A DNA stretch of 64,000 nucleotides from Octopus sinensis (GCF_006345805.1 NC_042999.1:152334001-152398000); one strand, 5' to 3'. Counted from the stretch's first letter, positions 27,116 through 41,636 are shown. Program-made: numbers and translations. Notes: generated by a model not told the origin, from the letters alone.

Positions 27116-27868
27116 AGTATGGTTTATATTCATTTATTCACAAGATTTTTTATAGGCATGAATTACTTTAAGAGAAGATAAAATACAGCATTCATTATAT
27201 CACTGCATGTAGAATTATAGCTGTATAATCTCTATTTACGAGTGACGTAGACACGGCGTTATACTTAATCTTACACACTGTACATACTTTTATTTTGCTA
27301 TTTTCATGTTTACTCATTATCCTTTCGTTTTCATTATTATCGTTTTCTTATTGTTTTTTATAATTCCGTAATCTATTTTGTGGTCTGCTTCTGTCATTCT
27401 CTCATTTCTTCATTCTTTTCTCACAAATTTCTTTTTAAATATCGTTGGGTATTTTTGTCAAATGTAATTCTTAATATATTTGTGAATCTTTCTGAAATGG
27501 TACACGTGATATATTATGTAAAGGAATTGTTATATAAATTGATCTGTTATACCACATCCGTGGTATAAACTGATCTGTTATTATATAAAGGAGCCATGCT
27601 GTCCATTATTTTTGCGGTTGTCTGAGATTCAGAACTACGAAGAAAAACGTTGTAACTTTCGAAGTATCAAATTCAGATAAAAACTATTATTAACCCTGCC
27701 TTTTGAATTGAGCACGTGTTACACAAGCTTTCAACAACTGTTTACATAACTTATATATATATATGTATATATATTATAGGTATATAATATATATATATAA
27801 TATATATATCATATATATATATATTATCTATATATATAATATATTTATATATATATATATATCTATAT

Positions 27869-27924
<56 letters not shown>

Positions 27925-28024
27925 ATGTATGTATAAACATACTAATTATATATATTTAGATATGTATTAATATTTATGCAAACATGTATGTATATCATAT
28001 ATATATATATATATATTATATATA

Positions 28025-28200
28025 GGGAGAATTCACGAAAAAAACAAAAGACGAAGACAGGTAGTGTAGAAAACAAACAGAGGTATTAGTATAACGCTCG
28101 GGATTTGAAAAAGTCTTTTACATTTCGAGCCTACGCTCTTCCACAGAAAGGAATACAGAAAGAAACAAGGAGAGAAAAAAATGTGTGTAGTGGCTGCCGA
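28025..28200 (-). mobile_element. Family E element between (TA)n tracts
   Basis: gggagaattcacg...gacgaagacagg...tttcgagcctacgctcttccacagaaagg; a further end fragment at 23031-23078. Confidence 0.8.
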
Positions 28201-28423
28201 TATATATATATATATATATATAACAGACAAGTCAAAAATAATGGTCATTACATATTTTTCATTTTTCGGATACATTACTGATAAGCTTACTCAATTAGTC
28301 TATTCCTCAACCGAGGAAAATTGAACGACCTAAGAAAATTAACAGAACCCCTCCACGGATTTGCAATGTAGAATTGTGATGAACGACAAGACTCTACCTC
28401 AAGATTACCTAGAGTTCTTCACT

Positions 28424-28756
28424 GTTGAGACCCCCTCTGTCATGACTGACCATGGGATTGCACCTAGAAAGTTACCCTCCGAGGCACAAGTCCGGGCAAG
28501 TTGTTTATGGAAGACCAGCAGTCGCCCATGCATACCGGCCTCCCTTCTCCACGCCACCAGTGTTATCGAAGGGAGAAGCCGATACAGCTCGGTACCTGCG
28601 ACGTCGCCACTCATTTCTACAGCTGAGTGAACTGGAGCCTCGTGAAATAAAGTGTCTTGCTCAAGAATGCAACACGCAGCCCGGTCTGGGTATCGAACTC
28701 ACAACCTCACGATCGTAAGCTCAACGCTCTAACCACTGAGCCATGTGTTCTTCACT
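28424..28756 (-). mobile_element. SINE family D, full length
   Basis: Minus strand tggctcagtggttagagcg, gagttcgataccc, cttgagcaagacactt; near-identical to 43423-43771. Confidence 0.92.
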
Positions 28757-28847
28757 AAAGTAAGTAACATTGTTAGCCCGGTGTGCCAACAGAGAGCTTA
28801 TGAAGTATTTACCTGATTGGTAATCTCTCACCATTTGTTCTATATAT

Positions 28848-28888
<41 letters not shown>

Positions 28889-29294
28889 CAACAACAACAA
28901 CAACAATAATGATAATTATTATTATTATTATTATGACGAAGTAGCATTAGCATTACCTTTAATTCACTTTATACATAAATACAGCCCCAAGTAACCCAAT
29001 ATATTTAGTATGAATTATATATATATATCTGTGTGTGTGTGTGTGTGTGTGAGTGTGTGTGTGTTTGTATGTATATATGTACATATATATGTCTATATAT
29101 GTATATATACATATATACATTAATTCACAATAAATGCAGAGAATGAACGAGAGGGCAAAATACGGAAAGATGACGTTATATATATATACTAAAATAATCA
29201 ATGACACACACATACAAACTTGCATACACGCGTGCGCGCACGCACACAAATACAGAAATATATGAACGAAAATATAAATATATATTATTAGTAT

Positions 29295-30000
29295 TATAGA
29301 TACCTGGGACAAACGACTCACAAAACTCAAGGGATTTCTATTCGAACAAAAATATCCATCACAACTTATAGAAAATGTTTTACAATGTGCAAAACAAATA
29401 CTTATAGAAAATGAAAGAGAGTTCAAGATAAGAATATCCTAATTTCTTAAGTGACAAAAAAATCCTCATCATCGAATAAATTTTTAATAGTACCAAATAT
29501 AATATTCCTATTATCAAAGTAATGAACGAAAAGTTTTAATTACTGAGCATAATTAATGTTCAAATTAAAATGCAGCCAAATATCTAGAAGAAATTATTGA
29601 CAAAAGCAAAATTTGATCTAAACGACAATGATAAAACATTCATGATACCGAAATGCATTGCATGGTATACACCAGTTCTTAGATACGGTCAGTATACCAA
29701 CACAAAAAACAACTCAAATTATTTCCAAATGCAAATAAGATCTGTAAACGCAGAAATCTGATCTCCTGCATCAGATGCTTGAATTGTGAAGAAATATATA
29801 TTGGTCAGACAGGAAATTTAATATCAGAATGCATCGTGTACACCGGCAACACATTCGGGACCAAAATATCTGTCAGATCCCATTAAGCAATCATTTAGAA
29901 ACATACGATATGAAAATAATCTTAATATTCTCATTTTACAAATATGATTCAAGTAAAGTTAGAGAGAAGAGTAAGAGAAAATAATTTTATTAAGAAAGGT
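29295..30000 (+). mobile_element. Decayed Penelope-like element: RT thumb, linker and GIY-YIG endonuclease
   Basis: KRLTKLKGFLFEQKYPSQLI, QPNI*KKLLTKAKF, CLNCEEIYIGQTG, VHRQHIRD...IPLSNHL in broken frames. Confidence 0.8.
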
Positions 30001-30549
30001 AAGCATGTTCTCTCTCATACTTCAAGTTTACACCGATATCTTTCTCGTGTTTATTTTATTTGTAAAACATCGGCGTTGACCTATTTACTCAAACCTATAG
30101 ATATAGTAATTTAACATTTGATAAATCCGATGAGAAACATTTCTGCGCAACTACTGAGGAATCATAGTTTCAATCTACTTTCACTATATACTTTTCAGCT
30201 ATTTTCTATAAAATCTCTATAACTTTCAATATTTAACCATATGGTTGTGCAGGTTGATTTCACAAGAAACATGTGACTAATATTGCGTAATGGACGATAG
30301 AGAAATGGATGTATAACTAAGAACGCATAACATGAAATGGGTAGGTGTGTTTGATACTGCAGTGATGAATTACTGGTACTTCCTCATCCCTTACGAGGAT
30401 GTAAGACGAAAGGTGAACAGAAACTCAGATCATAGTGTAGTAATATAGCTTTAGTAGTACGTTTACTCCGGGATGTGTCTGTTACTCTCATACATACATA
30501 CTTATACATAGAAACACACATACATACACACACAATATATATATATGTA

Positions 30550-30611
<62 letters not shown>

Positions 30612-30615
<4 letters not shown>

Positions 30616-32776
30616 TCATGTCTTCTGTGCAAGCCGTATGCCAGAAATATGTCCCAGAGCTCAAGGCCAAAACAAATAGGAGCAAGATTCCAAGAGACAG
30701 GGAGATCCTCATGAGACGACGGACGAAGGCTGCAAATCGTCTCAACCAACATCCCAAAAGTAGCGAAACGTCCCGCCTAAAAACAACACTGATGGAGATC
30801 GAAAAAAGGCTGCAACAATCCTATGTGAAGGAGAAAGCAGACAAAGAAGCCTGGGTTATAAAAAGCATCAAATCAAACCCAAAGGCCTTCTTTCATTACG
30901 CGAAAGAAACAGTCTCAGTGCACTACAAGATAGGACCCCTCCTCCAAAAGGATGGCTCCCTCACAGACAGTCCAACTATGATCAGTGAGATGCTGAATGA
31001 CCAGTTCAAAAGTGTCTTTACCACCCCGTTGGAACACAGACAAGTGAACGAACCAGTGGACTTCTTTGCCGCCTCACCTATAAACAGCGAGACGGTTACA
31101 ATAGAATGTATTGACATTAGCGAAAAAGATGTCCTACTAGCCATAGATGAAGTGGACACAAACTCAGCTGCTGGTCCAGACGGTTTCCCAGCCATTCTCC
31201 TCAAAGCGTGTAAGCATGCCCTGGCAAAACCCCTCAAGATTCTCTTCCAGAGCTTTCTTGCGAATGGCAAACTGCCAAGCAAGCCGAAGGAGGGAATAAT
31301 ATGCCCAATACATAAAGGGGGAAGTAGAGCAGATGCCAAAAACTATAGGCCTATCTCTCTGACTTCACACATCAGCAAAGTCATGGAACGGATAGTCAGA
31401 AAGAAACTAATCGCATTCCTTGAGGAAAATAACTTGCTGAGTAATACCCAGCATGGTTTCCTACCAGGTAGGAGCTGCCTGACCCAGCTCTTACAGCATT
31501 ATGACTGGGTGTTGAGGCAGTTACTCAACAAATCAAATGTGGACGTAATCTACCTTGATTTTGCAAAAGCTTTTGACAAGGTGGATCATGGTATGATATG
31601 CCACAAACTACGTGACCTCGGCATAGCTGGAAAACTTGGAGTGTGGTTGCATGACTTCCTGAAAGATAGGAGTCAGGCAGTAGTGGTTAATGGAGCCACC
31701 TCTATGAACACACAAATAGTGAGCGGTGTTCCACAGGGCACTGTCTTATAGTGGCCCTCTCAGATATGCCCTCAAGTGCCCGGATAGCCACTCTGGCCAG
31801 CTATGCAGACGATACGAAAGTCTCGCAGAAAATGCAGAACCCCAGCGATGTTGCACACCTGCAGCAGGAGTTGGACTCAATCTACAGATGGGCTGAGGAT
31901 AATAATATGCAGTTTAATGCTGAAAAATTCCAGGCCCTGCGCTACCAGCATCCAAAACTGAATATTAAACTTACAGGATACACCGGTCCACAGGGAATTT
32001 CAATCCCAGAGCCTAAGTCTGTGAGGGACCTGGGTATCGACATGAATGATGATACCTCTTTCCAAGTGCACATTACCAGGATGGCGACAAAGTGCAGACG
32101 ACTGGCTGGCTGGATCCTAAGAACATTCAGAACCAGAGATAAGGAAACCATGATGGTCCTCTGGCGGACATTCGTCCTCAGTCGCCTGGATTACTGCTCA
32201 CAGCTATGGTCACCCACCAGTGTAAAATTAACAGCGGACCTTGAAGCAATCCAGAGAAGATTCACAAAGAAGATCATCTCTTTGCAACAGCTCAGCTACT
32301 GGGAGAGGTTGAAACAGCTAAGACTCTACTCCCTGGAGAGAAGACGGGAGAGGTATGCAGTAATATATGTCTGGAAGTTACTGGAAGGAATTGTGCCAAA
32401 TTTTGGCATTGTAAGCTACACCAATGCTAGAAGGGACGATACTGCATAGTGCCAAAGATCCCAGCAATGCCATCACGCTTCAGGACCAGCTTCTGCAACA
32501 GCCTGGGTTTCAAGGGCCCACAGCTTTTTAATATTCTCCCCAAGAGTCTGAGGAAATTGCACAAAGTGGATGTAGCGGTTTTTAAATCAAAGCTGGACAT
32601 CTTCCTGTCAAGAGTCCCAGATGAACCTACCTCACGGCAGGAGGTGCAAATGAGAGTAGCTATATCAAACTCCAAGTGCCACATATTATACGAGGTTCGT
32701 CGTAATAACAGTGTAGCACAAGACGGCGGTGCATCAGCATGGCCGCAGCTCTGAGCTGAAACTAGGAAAAAAAAAA
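30612..32776 (+). mobile_element. CR1/L2-group LINE, 5'-truncated, with intact 3' tail
   Basis: Starts directly after (TA)n; RT motifs throughout; ends with hairpin tail and A-run at 32767-32776. Confidence 0.95.
30618..32754 (+). pseudogene. LINE ORF2 reverse transcriptase broken into three frames
   Basis: AAGPDG, KNYRPISLTS, QHGFLPGRSC, YLDFAKAFDKVDH, SGVPQGTVL, YADDTK, LERRRER; a deletion removes GPLLF near 31748 and a 1-nt deletion shifts frame near 32431. Confidence 0.92.
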
Positions 32777-32934
32777 TACATATATATACACAGAGAACAG
32801 CGTATGCCATCAAAGTGACACTGGGATGTATGTATATATACATTCAGTATATATATATATATATTATATAAGATACATAAATGTACACTCATATAAAAGT
32901 CAAACAACTCGGCGCACGTGTATATACACATATG

Positions 32935-32969
<35 letters not shown>

Positions 32970-33424
32970 ATGTGTGTGTTTGTATTTGTGTGCATATTTA
33001 TGAGTGTCGTTATACATATATGAATATAAATGTCTGCGCATACATACATACACACACACACACATATATGTATGTATATGTATATATATATATAATGTAT
33101 GTGTATATATATATATATACATATGTATCCTTATATTTTATTTACATATATATATATATATACATATATATATAAATATACATATATACATATGTATATG
33201 TGTGTGCGTTTGACTCTGTATGTGTAAATGTGTGTGTAGGGGGGGCTGTGATATAAAGGGTAGAAGAGATGTGATAAGGAAATAGACAGAGAAATTCATT
33301 CAGTTAATCGTGATAAACAAGAAAAAATAACTAAGCTAATCCAGACATTATTGTTCGTTTCAAAAAAAGGTAGGCACCTCGACCCGCTGATATGCACTAC
33401 TATGGTTAGACATCACTGCCTTTG

Positions 33425-33722
33425 ATAACAATAATAACAACAACAACAACAACAACAACAACAATAGTAATGATAATGACGACGATAATGTTGAATATGA
33501 TGATGGTGTTGATGATGATGATGATGATGATGACGATGATGGGCGGAGTGGTGGTGGTGGTGGTGGTGGTGGCGGTGGTGGTGGTGGTGGTGGTGGCGGT
33601 GGTGGTTGGTGGTGGTGGTGGTGGTGGTTGGTGGTGGTGGTGGTGGTGGTGGTGGTGGTGGTGGTGGTGGTGGTGGTGGTGGTGGTGATGGTGGTGGTGG
33701 TGGTGATGATGATGATGATGAA

Positions 33723-33767
<45 letters not shown>

Positions 33768-33785
33768 AATGATGATGATGATGAT
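33425..33785. repeat. Compound triplet repeat (AAC)(GAT)(TGG)(GAT)
   Basis: Direct reading. Confidence 0.97.
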
Positions 33786-34267
33786 CTACAAGGAGCAAGC
33801 AAGAATATCAAACGAAGACGAACGAAGGTAGGACAAAAAAAAAAAAAAGAAGATCCCTACAATGCATATGATAAGACCCCGCCAATTCTTATTGAAGACG
33901 TAGAAATAAGATTTTTTTAAAATACACAGGTTCGCCTGTTTGAGAGGGTTTAGCCTTTTAAAATTAGGTTTGAATAACAAGAGACGTCCAGAAAGAAAGA
34001 GAGCAAGAGAAAGAAAGAGGAAAAGAGGGAAAGAGAGAGTGAGTGGTAGAAAGGTAGAGAGTTCTTGGTGGAAATAACGAAGGGGAAGTGTCCACATGTG
34101 TGATGGTGTGTTATCATGGTGCGTAAGTGAATGTTTAAATGTATATTTAACACACACACATATATATATACATTTGTATATATGTGCGTGTATATATATA
34201 TTTGCACATATATACAGCTGTTTATGTATATATATATATTATATATATATAAATACATATAGACAAT

Positions 34268-34309
<42 letters not shown>

Positions 34310-34345
34310 TATATATATGTACATATATATATATATGTATACATA

Positions 34346-34391
<46 letters not shown>

Positions 34392-34417
34392 TATGTACAT
34401 ATATATATATATAATAT

Positions 34418-34450
<33 letters not shown>

Positions 34451-34779
34451 GTGTCTGTTTATGTATACGCAGATATGCATCTATGTACGTGTATATGATT
34501 GCTATATATGTGTGTGTGTATGTGTGTGTGTGAGTTTGTATATTTATACGCTAATATTTACTGTAACTTGTATTTTTATTTTATTTGGTTCACAAATGAA
34601 ACAGGAAGAAATCTCTGTTCCATTTCTAACATTTTTCGTAACCATTATTATTCTTGTTGCTGTTGTTGTTGTTGTTTTTGTTATTGTTACTGTTGTTGTT
34701 GTTGTTTATCTGTGTTTTTATTATTAAAGAGTTCTATGCGTCATCCATCTGTTTAATACTCACAAAACGAAGAGCTATT

Positions 34780-35210
34780 TCTTTCCCCCTTTTTTGTTCC
34801 TCTTCTCCTTTTTCTCCTTATTTTTTCCTCCTTTTCCTTGTCCTTCTTGTCTTTTCTTCTCCTTCTTCTTCTTCCTTTCGCTTCATTCTTCGTCTGCTTC
34901 TTCTTTATTCCTTCTTCACCTTTGATTCCTTTTCTTCTTCTTCAGCTTCTATTTCCTTCTTCCTTTTTGCTTATTCTCCTCCTTCTCCCCTCTCTATCTA
35001 TTCTTCTCTTCGTTCATCTTCTTTCTCCCCTTCTTCTTTTACTTCTTTATCTTCTTCCTCATCGTCTTCCTCATCATATTCGTTCCCTTTTCCTCCTCCT
35101 TCTTCTTTTACTCTCACTTCTCCGCCTTCGTCATTTTCCTTCCCTCTCCTCTCCTCCTCCTCCTCCTTCCTCTCCTTTTCCTCCCCCTCATTTTGGTCCA
35201 TCATCTCCTC
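34780..35210. repeat. Pyrimidine-rich (TTC/TCC) low-complexity tract
   Basis: Almost only C/T on the plus strand. Confidence 0.9.
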
Positions 35211-35710
35211 CTGAGAAGGTTACTAAACCTGGCTAACCTGAGATTAGACAGAAAATGCATTTATCACAAACAAATTGACAAAATGCAACACATGTGTGCA
35301 TACATGTACCTAAGACTACACTCTAAAACAATCTAACTTGTTTGTTTTTGTCTTTCACTGTATATTCTTTTTATTTTTTAAGATCGCACTTTATTCTGTT
35401 TTAGTTATTGTTTTGTTCTTTTCTCTAGCTTCATTATATTTCAATGTGTGCATGTGTATGTTTTGCTTGTTGTTGTTGCTTCTGCTTGTTTATTCGTTTG
35501 TTTTTTTTCAGCACCTCCGCTCTTTGATAAGAGCAGCCCTCAGCTTATAAAGATCCAAGTCTCATCGAAGAAAAACAAAAAAAAAAAACAAAAGAACGAA
35601 ATTAAAGCGACGACATTTTCTTTTGTTTTTTTTTTAATTCATATATAGATATACATACATATACATACACACACAACCACATATGCACACAGACATATAC
35701 GCACACACAA

Positions 35711-35762
<52 letters not shown>

Positions 35763-37094
35763 GATATCTATATATATATATATATATGCATATGTAGATA
35801 GATATGTATATATGCATATATACGTTGCTTAAAGTTCTTTAATTTATTAATTTGTTTGTATTTATTCGTTCATAATTATATATATATATTATATATGTAT
35901 GTGTGTGTATGTGTGTTGGTGTGTGTTTGTGTGTGTGTGTGTGTGTGTGTCTTTCATTGTTTGTGTACTTGTTTACTAAAACTCTCTTTGTTGATCTGTC
36001 GTAGTTAATTTGTCTATTTGTGACATCTGGAGGAGATTTCCTATCAAGTCAACTGTTCCCTATCTTTTTATTTCTCGTGTCTGTATATCTGAGCATGCGC
36101 CTCTGTATACGCATATGAGTTCCTCAGTATAATGTATGTGTGTGTTGGGTGTTTTGTTGTGTTGCTGTTTTGTTTTTGCTTGTGTGTGTTTTTTTTTGTT
36201 TTGTATTTTTGGGGGTTTTTTTTGTATTTTATTTCCATAGTCTTGATGTTTAGATACAGTGCTAATACAGGCCTGAAACCATCTATTCACTGAACGAAAG
36301 ATAACCCGCTTGACTAGCAAAACATCCAAGATAATGTGGATTTGTAAACGAAATTCGAAATAGCTTCTCTTTTATCTTAACTGCCCCCTCTTCTTTCTCT
36401 CCCTACATATGTCTCTTTTTCTCTTTCTCTCTCTTCCCCTCTCTCTCTCTCTTTCTCTCTCTCTCTCGTGCACACACAAATCAAGTGCAGGCAAACTTAC
36501 ATACACGTGAAGGATTGAAAAAGAGACAGAGAGGGAGAGAAGGATAAGCGTGAGACAATGTTAAATTAACGAGAGCAGATATGAGAGAAGGACGGGAAAA
36601 GAGATAGGATAAGAAAGAGAGAGAAAGAGAGTGAATCGGAGATGAAGTGAGAAAGACAGAGCAAAGACAAATATGGAAAGGGAGATTCTTGCAGAGCGAA
36701 AGGGAAGTTTGACAGATAGACAGCTAGAAAACGAAAGATATAAAAAGAGGAAGAAAACAAAGATATAGCGTAAGAAAAAGATGAAGAAGATAAAGGTTCA
36801 CGCATACACACACACCTTCACACATACACACACACACGCATACACACAGGTGTACACATACACAAGCACACATACATACGTATACACGCGCGCAAAGACA
36901 AACGCGCGGGAGGGGAAGATAGCTGGGGTATCGTTGGAAAGAACAGTTAATAAACTCAGAAAAGTGTCCCGGAAGAAAGGGACAGAATATGAAGAGGTGG
37001 GGTAATGTGTGTGTTTGCGCGTGCGTGGAAGAAATACACACGGAAACGCAAGATGTAGAGGTAATAATATACAAACATACATACGTATCTAAAC

Positions 37095-37141
<47 letters not shown>

Positions 37142-37335
37142 TATATGCACAACATATGTATACAAACATACATATATAATATGTATGTATGCAAACATAT
37201 ATATATGTATGCATGTATTCAAACATATATATATATATACACGTGTCTGTCTGTCTGTCTGTATGTATGTATGTATGTATGTATGTATGCATGTTGTGTG
37301 TATGTGTGCGCGCGCATATGCACAAAGACACGTGT

Positions 37336-37369
<34 letters not shown>

Positions 37370-38779
37370 GTGTGTTGTGTGTGTGTGATATAATGTAACG
37401 TTGGAAGACCAAAGCTATTAGGTGCAAGAGCGAATGAGATATATGTAGGAGGTGGGAAGATACGGAAGGTAAAAGTAACGGTGTGGTAGTAAATTGTGAG
37501 AAGAAAATACACTATAGGTCGCTATCACAGGAATAAATTTGAGATAAGGAAATAGAACGAGGCGGAGTGCATGAGAGAGAGAGAGGGAGAAGTGGGTGAC
37601 AAAGAGAGAGAGAGAGAGAAGTGAGTAAAATATAGTGTGGGAGAAGTAAATGAGAAAGGGAGATAAACAGAAATAGTCAACTGAACTATAAAGGTGGAGA
37701 AAGTGAAACTGTCAGGATAAGAGGGAAGATGAAAGGCAGAGAGAGGGAGGAGATGGAGACAGAAAGACGAAGAGTGGAGGAATAGAAAGAGAATTGCATT
37801 AGAAAAGAATTAGAAAAAGAGAGTAGATTACTGTGAATGATTCAGTTTGCTTCAGGTGTATTCCTCGGGCCTGTGGGTTCAATATACGTCAAATGTAGCT
37901 GGACTGAAAGGCAATGTTTAAATATGTGATGATTTTTAGTTCTATATGAGATGTTTTTGATTCAAATATTGATATTTGACATTTGAATATTGATCATTGA
38001 TACTGAAATATTGTAATGTAAATTAGATATTTATAACTTAATCAAAGAATTTAGAGATTAATTAATGTGTGTAGCTGTTCTCTTGCCTCAGGCACGTTTG
38101 ATGATGTAGTCCCAGATTGCTGATAAAAGATGGGATGGTCACGACTGGAAGACCTTTGACCCTACATCTACTTGATCGAGTTGACCTGTTGCTAAACAAT
38201 AACTTACGGAGTTGTTATAAAGCACTTCTAACGAAGACACCGCACTCCGCAAAAACAAATGTAGAATGGGTTACAGAATTATGGAACTTATTGTCTTGTA
38301 TCTAGAAAATTCGTAGATTAGTAAATGAGATGATTAGTTTCAATCGAGAATTAACAAGAGAATTTGTAAATCGAGATCCCCTCATTAAAATATTTGTTGT
38401 GATACTGAAAGAATTAAAACGAAGGTTAATGAGGAAGCCTCTATATCGGTATTTATTTCCAACCATTTGTAAATCCAGCACAATTGTTCCTATTAGGGCA
38501 TCTATTGTGTCACTAAAAGGCAGATGAAGTGTAATTTGAATTCCTAGCACCACATAATATAAATTTTAGGGTCCATAGGTGTAAACATTGCTCTAAAGAG
38601 CAACCAATAACAGATATAACACACAAAAATCCTTCTAATCACACTCTACCTTAATCGAAAAGAATACAGTGATTTATGTGGACTTGGGGAAATTGCACCT
38701 AAGATGTATATGCGATGTTCACGAATAGAACGTCCTTGTTCATAGGTCTGACTATTCGATATATGAATATAATCCTACG

Positions 38780-39020
38780 TTTTTCTTGTATGCTTCTTCT
38801 GAGAAAGGGCTTGCGCCTAAAACTTTAGGATTTTTCCTTTCTTTGATGCGTTAAGTTCATGCTGCAATATTAGTGTTTCCTCTCCTCGATCTTTTCTCTA
38901 GAAGAGCATAGGCACGAAACGTCGAAGACGTTTCCATTTCTCCTGAACGCCAAACTAATACACCATTTTTGTCGTTCCCTCACCAATATATGTCTTTTCA
39001 ATTTTTTTGTCTATTTTACA
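38780..39020 (+). mobile_element. Decayed family E copy or copies
   Basis: ctctagaagagcataggcacgaaacgtcgaagac...cctgaacgccaaactaatacac resembles 41501-41575. Confidence 0.55.
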
Positions 39021-39066
39021 CTAATTTGAAGCATACACACAAACTCACACACAAACACACACACAC

Positions 39067-39115
<49 letters not shown>

Positions 39116-39303
39116 GCATAGATATATAGATATAGATATATACGTATATAGACATATAAACATATATAAGTCTATACAGACACACATACATATATTGTAT
39201 GTATGCATGTATATATGATATATATATATATATAATATATGTATTGGGTGTGTGTGTGTATATATATATGTATAAATATAATTATATTATATATATAACA
39301 TAT

Positions 39304-39406
<103 letters not shown>

Positions 39407-39936
39407 ACACACATACACACACACGTATGGGTGCTTGTTTAGGCTTTTGTTTATTGGTGTCTGCTGGCGCATAAAGAATTCACTATGTACCTCAGAGTCA
39501 AAGGAATTTACAGAATTTTATTGCTAAGTACTTAAAATGTAAAAACTAAACTGAAATAGAATAAAATGAGCGAAGTAAATCAGATGTGAATTGATTATAG
39601 TTTAAAAGCCTAAAAGTAAAAATTCCTGAATAGGGTCACTCAAGAAATATGAAGACAAACAAAACAAGTATAAAGTGCATTTCTATGTATTAACCAAACT
39701 GAATGCATAAATGCATTAGCACACACACACACACACGCACACATACTCACACAAGCACGCACGCACACACACATATATATAAACATAGACATAGATATAC
39801 ATATATATATATACACATATATATTCACATATGTATACGTACACATACATATGCAGATAAATATATACATATATGAACATACAGCGTATATACATATATA
39901 TGTTTGTGTGTATGTGTGTGTGTGTGTGTGCGTGTA

Positions 39937-40137
39937 GAGGCGCGTGGCGTAGTGGTTAGGGTGTAGCACACATGATCGTAAAATTGTGGTTTCCATTTCT
40001 GGACCGGGCGATGCGTTGTGTTGCCGGGCAAAATATTTCATTTCGCGTCATCCCAGTCTACTCAGATGGTAAATTTGCTCCCGATTGGCGTCCCATCCAA
40101 GGAATGGAATAGATACACCATGCAATCCGGGAACTGA
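39937..40137 (+). mobile_element. Decayed SINE with family-D-like head
   Basis: ggcgcgtggcgtagtggttagggtg...ggaccgggcgatgcgttgtgtt...ctcagatggtaaat. Confidence 0.7.
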
Positions 40138-40360
40138 GCTGTGTATGTATGTATATATATATATTATATATATATAATATATATATATACGTATGTATGT
40201 ATGTTTATATATATATATATTATATATCTATATATATATATATATATATCTATATATATATATATAATATATATATATACGTATGTATGTATGTGTATAT
40301 ATATATATCTATATATATATATATAATATATATATGTATATATGTATATATATATATATA

Positions 40361-40556
40361 TTCTATTTGTTTCAGTCATTTGACTGCGGTCATGCTGGAG
40401 CACTGCCTTTGGTCGAACAAATCGTCCCCAAGACCTATTCTTTTTAAGCCTAGCATTTATTCTATCGATTTCTTTTTGCTGAACCGCTAAGTGACGGGGA
40501 TGGAAACACACCAACATCGGTTGTCAAGAGATGGCGACAAAAAAGACACACAAATA
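40361..40556 (-). mobile_element. SINE family B, 3' half
   Basis: gtttcagtcatttgactgcggtcatgctggagcactgcc. Confidence 0.88.
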
Positions 40557-40582
40557 CAGGCATGCACACATACATACATAGG

Positions 40583-40616
<34 letters not shown>

Positions 40617-41426
40617 CAGACATACATACATGAATACATACATATTACATACATACATTCATACATACATACAAACATACATACATACATACAACATACA
40701 TACATACATACATACATACATACATAGACACGAAATGCACACATATTCACATATATATATATGTATATATATACCTAAATATTAGTATTTGTGCGTATAT
40801 AAATATGGATATAAGTGAGAATATATATATGTACGATGTGTACTACAAATTTGTCACACACACGCACATTCAAATCTCGATATATATATATGTGTGAAAA
40901 CTGTTATGTTCTAAGTTAAATGCAAACATATGTAAAGCTGTGATACCATATAATAGTTTCACATGTAGTTAAATCTGGTGAACTAGATAATACAAGTACA
41001 AGTTACGTAACAGCTTACTTCAGTTCGTCTTGTCGTCTGCTTGTATAGTCGCAATATATATCTACGCAGAACTATTTTGAACTCATGTGTACTAAAGTGG
41101 AGAAATGTATTATGTTAGAATGCTGCATTAAAGTGGATTTCCTTATAACTAAATAATTATATTTCCTTTATACTAGTATATGTGTTTTATTAAATAATAT
41201 TAAATGCTTATTTATAGTTAAATACATAGATATAGTAAAATAATCATATTATTTTAGTGTACTTAATTATTTCACTGGAAAACTTTAGCTATATTCTAGT
41301 ACATTTACTTAAAAAGATTAGAGTTAATTGAGTTTCGTCTTATAATTATCATCGACGTGAGGATGATAAAAATTAAAGCTGAGAGTGTATACTTACATGC
41401 ATATCTATATACGTATATGCTTTATC

Positions 41427-41636
41427 GCCATGTTGATTCGCTAGCTTCTGCACGCATTTTTTTTCTCTCCTTGTTTCTCTCCGTGTTTCTTTTCTGTGTA
41501 TCTTTCTGTTGAAGAGCGTAGGCTCGAAACGTAAAAGACTTGTTTTATTTATATTCCTGAGCGCCATACTAATACAATTGTTTGTTTGTATTCCACCTGC
41601 CTTCGTCTTTTGTTTATTTTCATAAAGCTTCCCGTT
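41427..41636 (+). mobile_element. Family E element with CUGU-variant hammerhead at 41501-41538
   Basis: UCUUU-CUGUUGA-A-GAGC-GUAG-GCUC-GAAA-C-GUA-AAAGA; ends at (TA)n. Confidence 0.8.

Noticed and set aside
28690-28752. tRNA-like sequences with A and B boxes
   Set aside because: They continue into SINE bodies and recur as dispersed copies, so they are SINE heads rather than tRNA genes.
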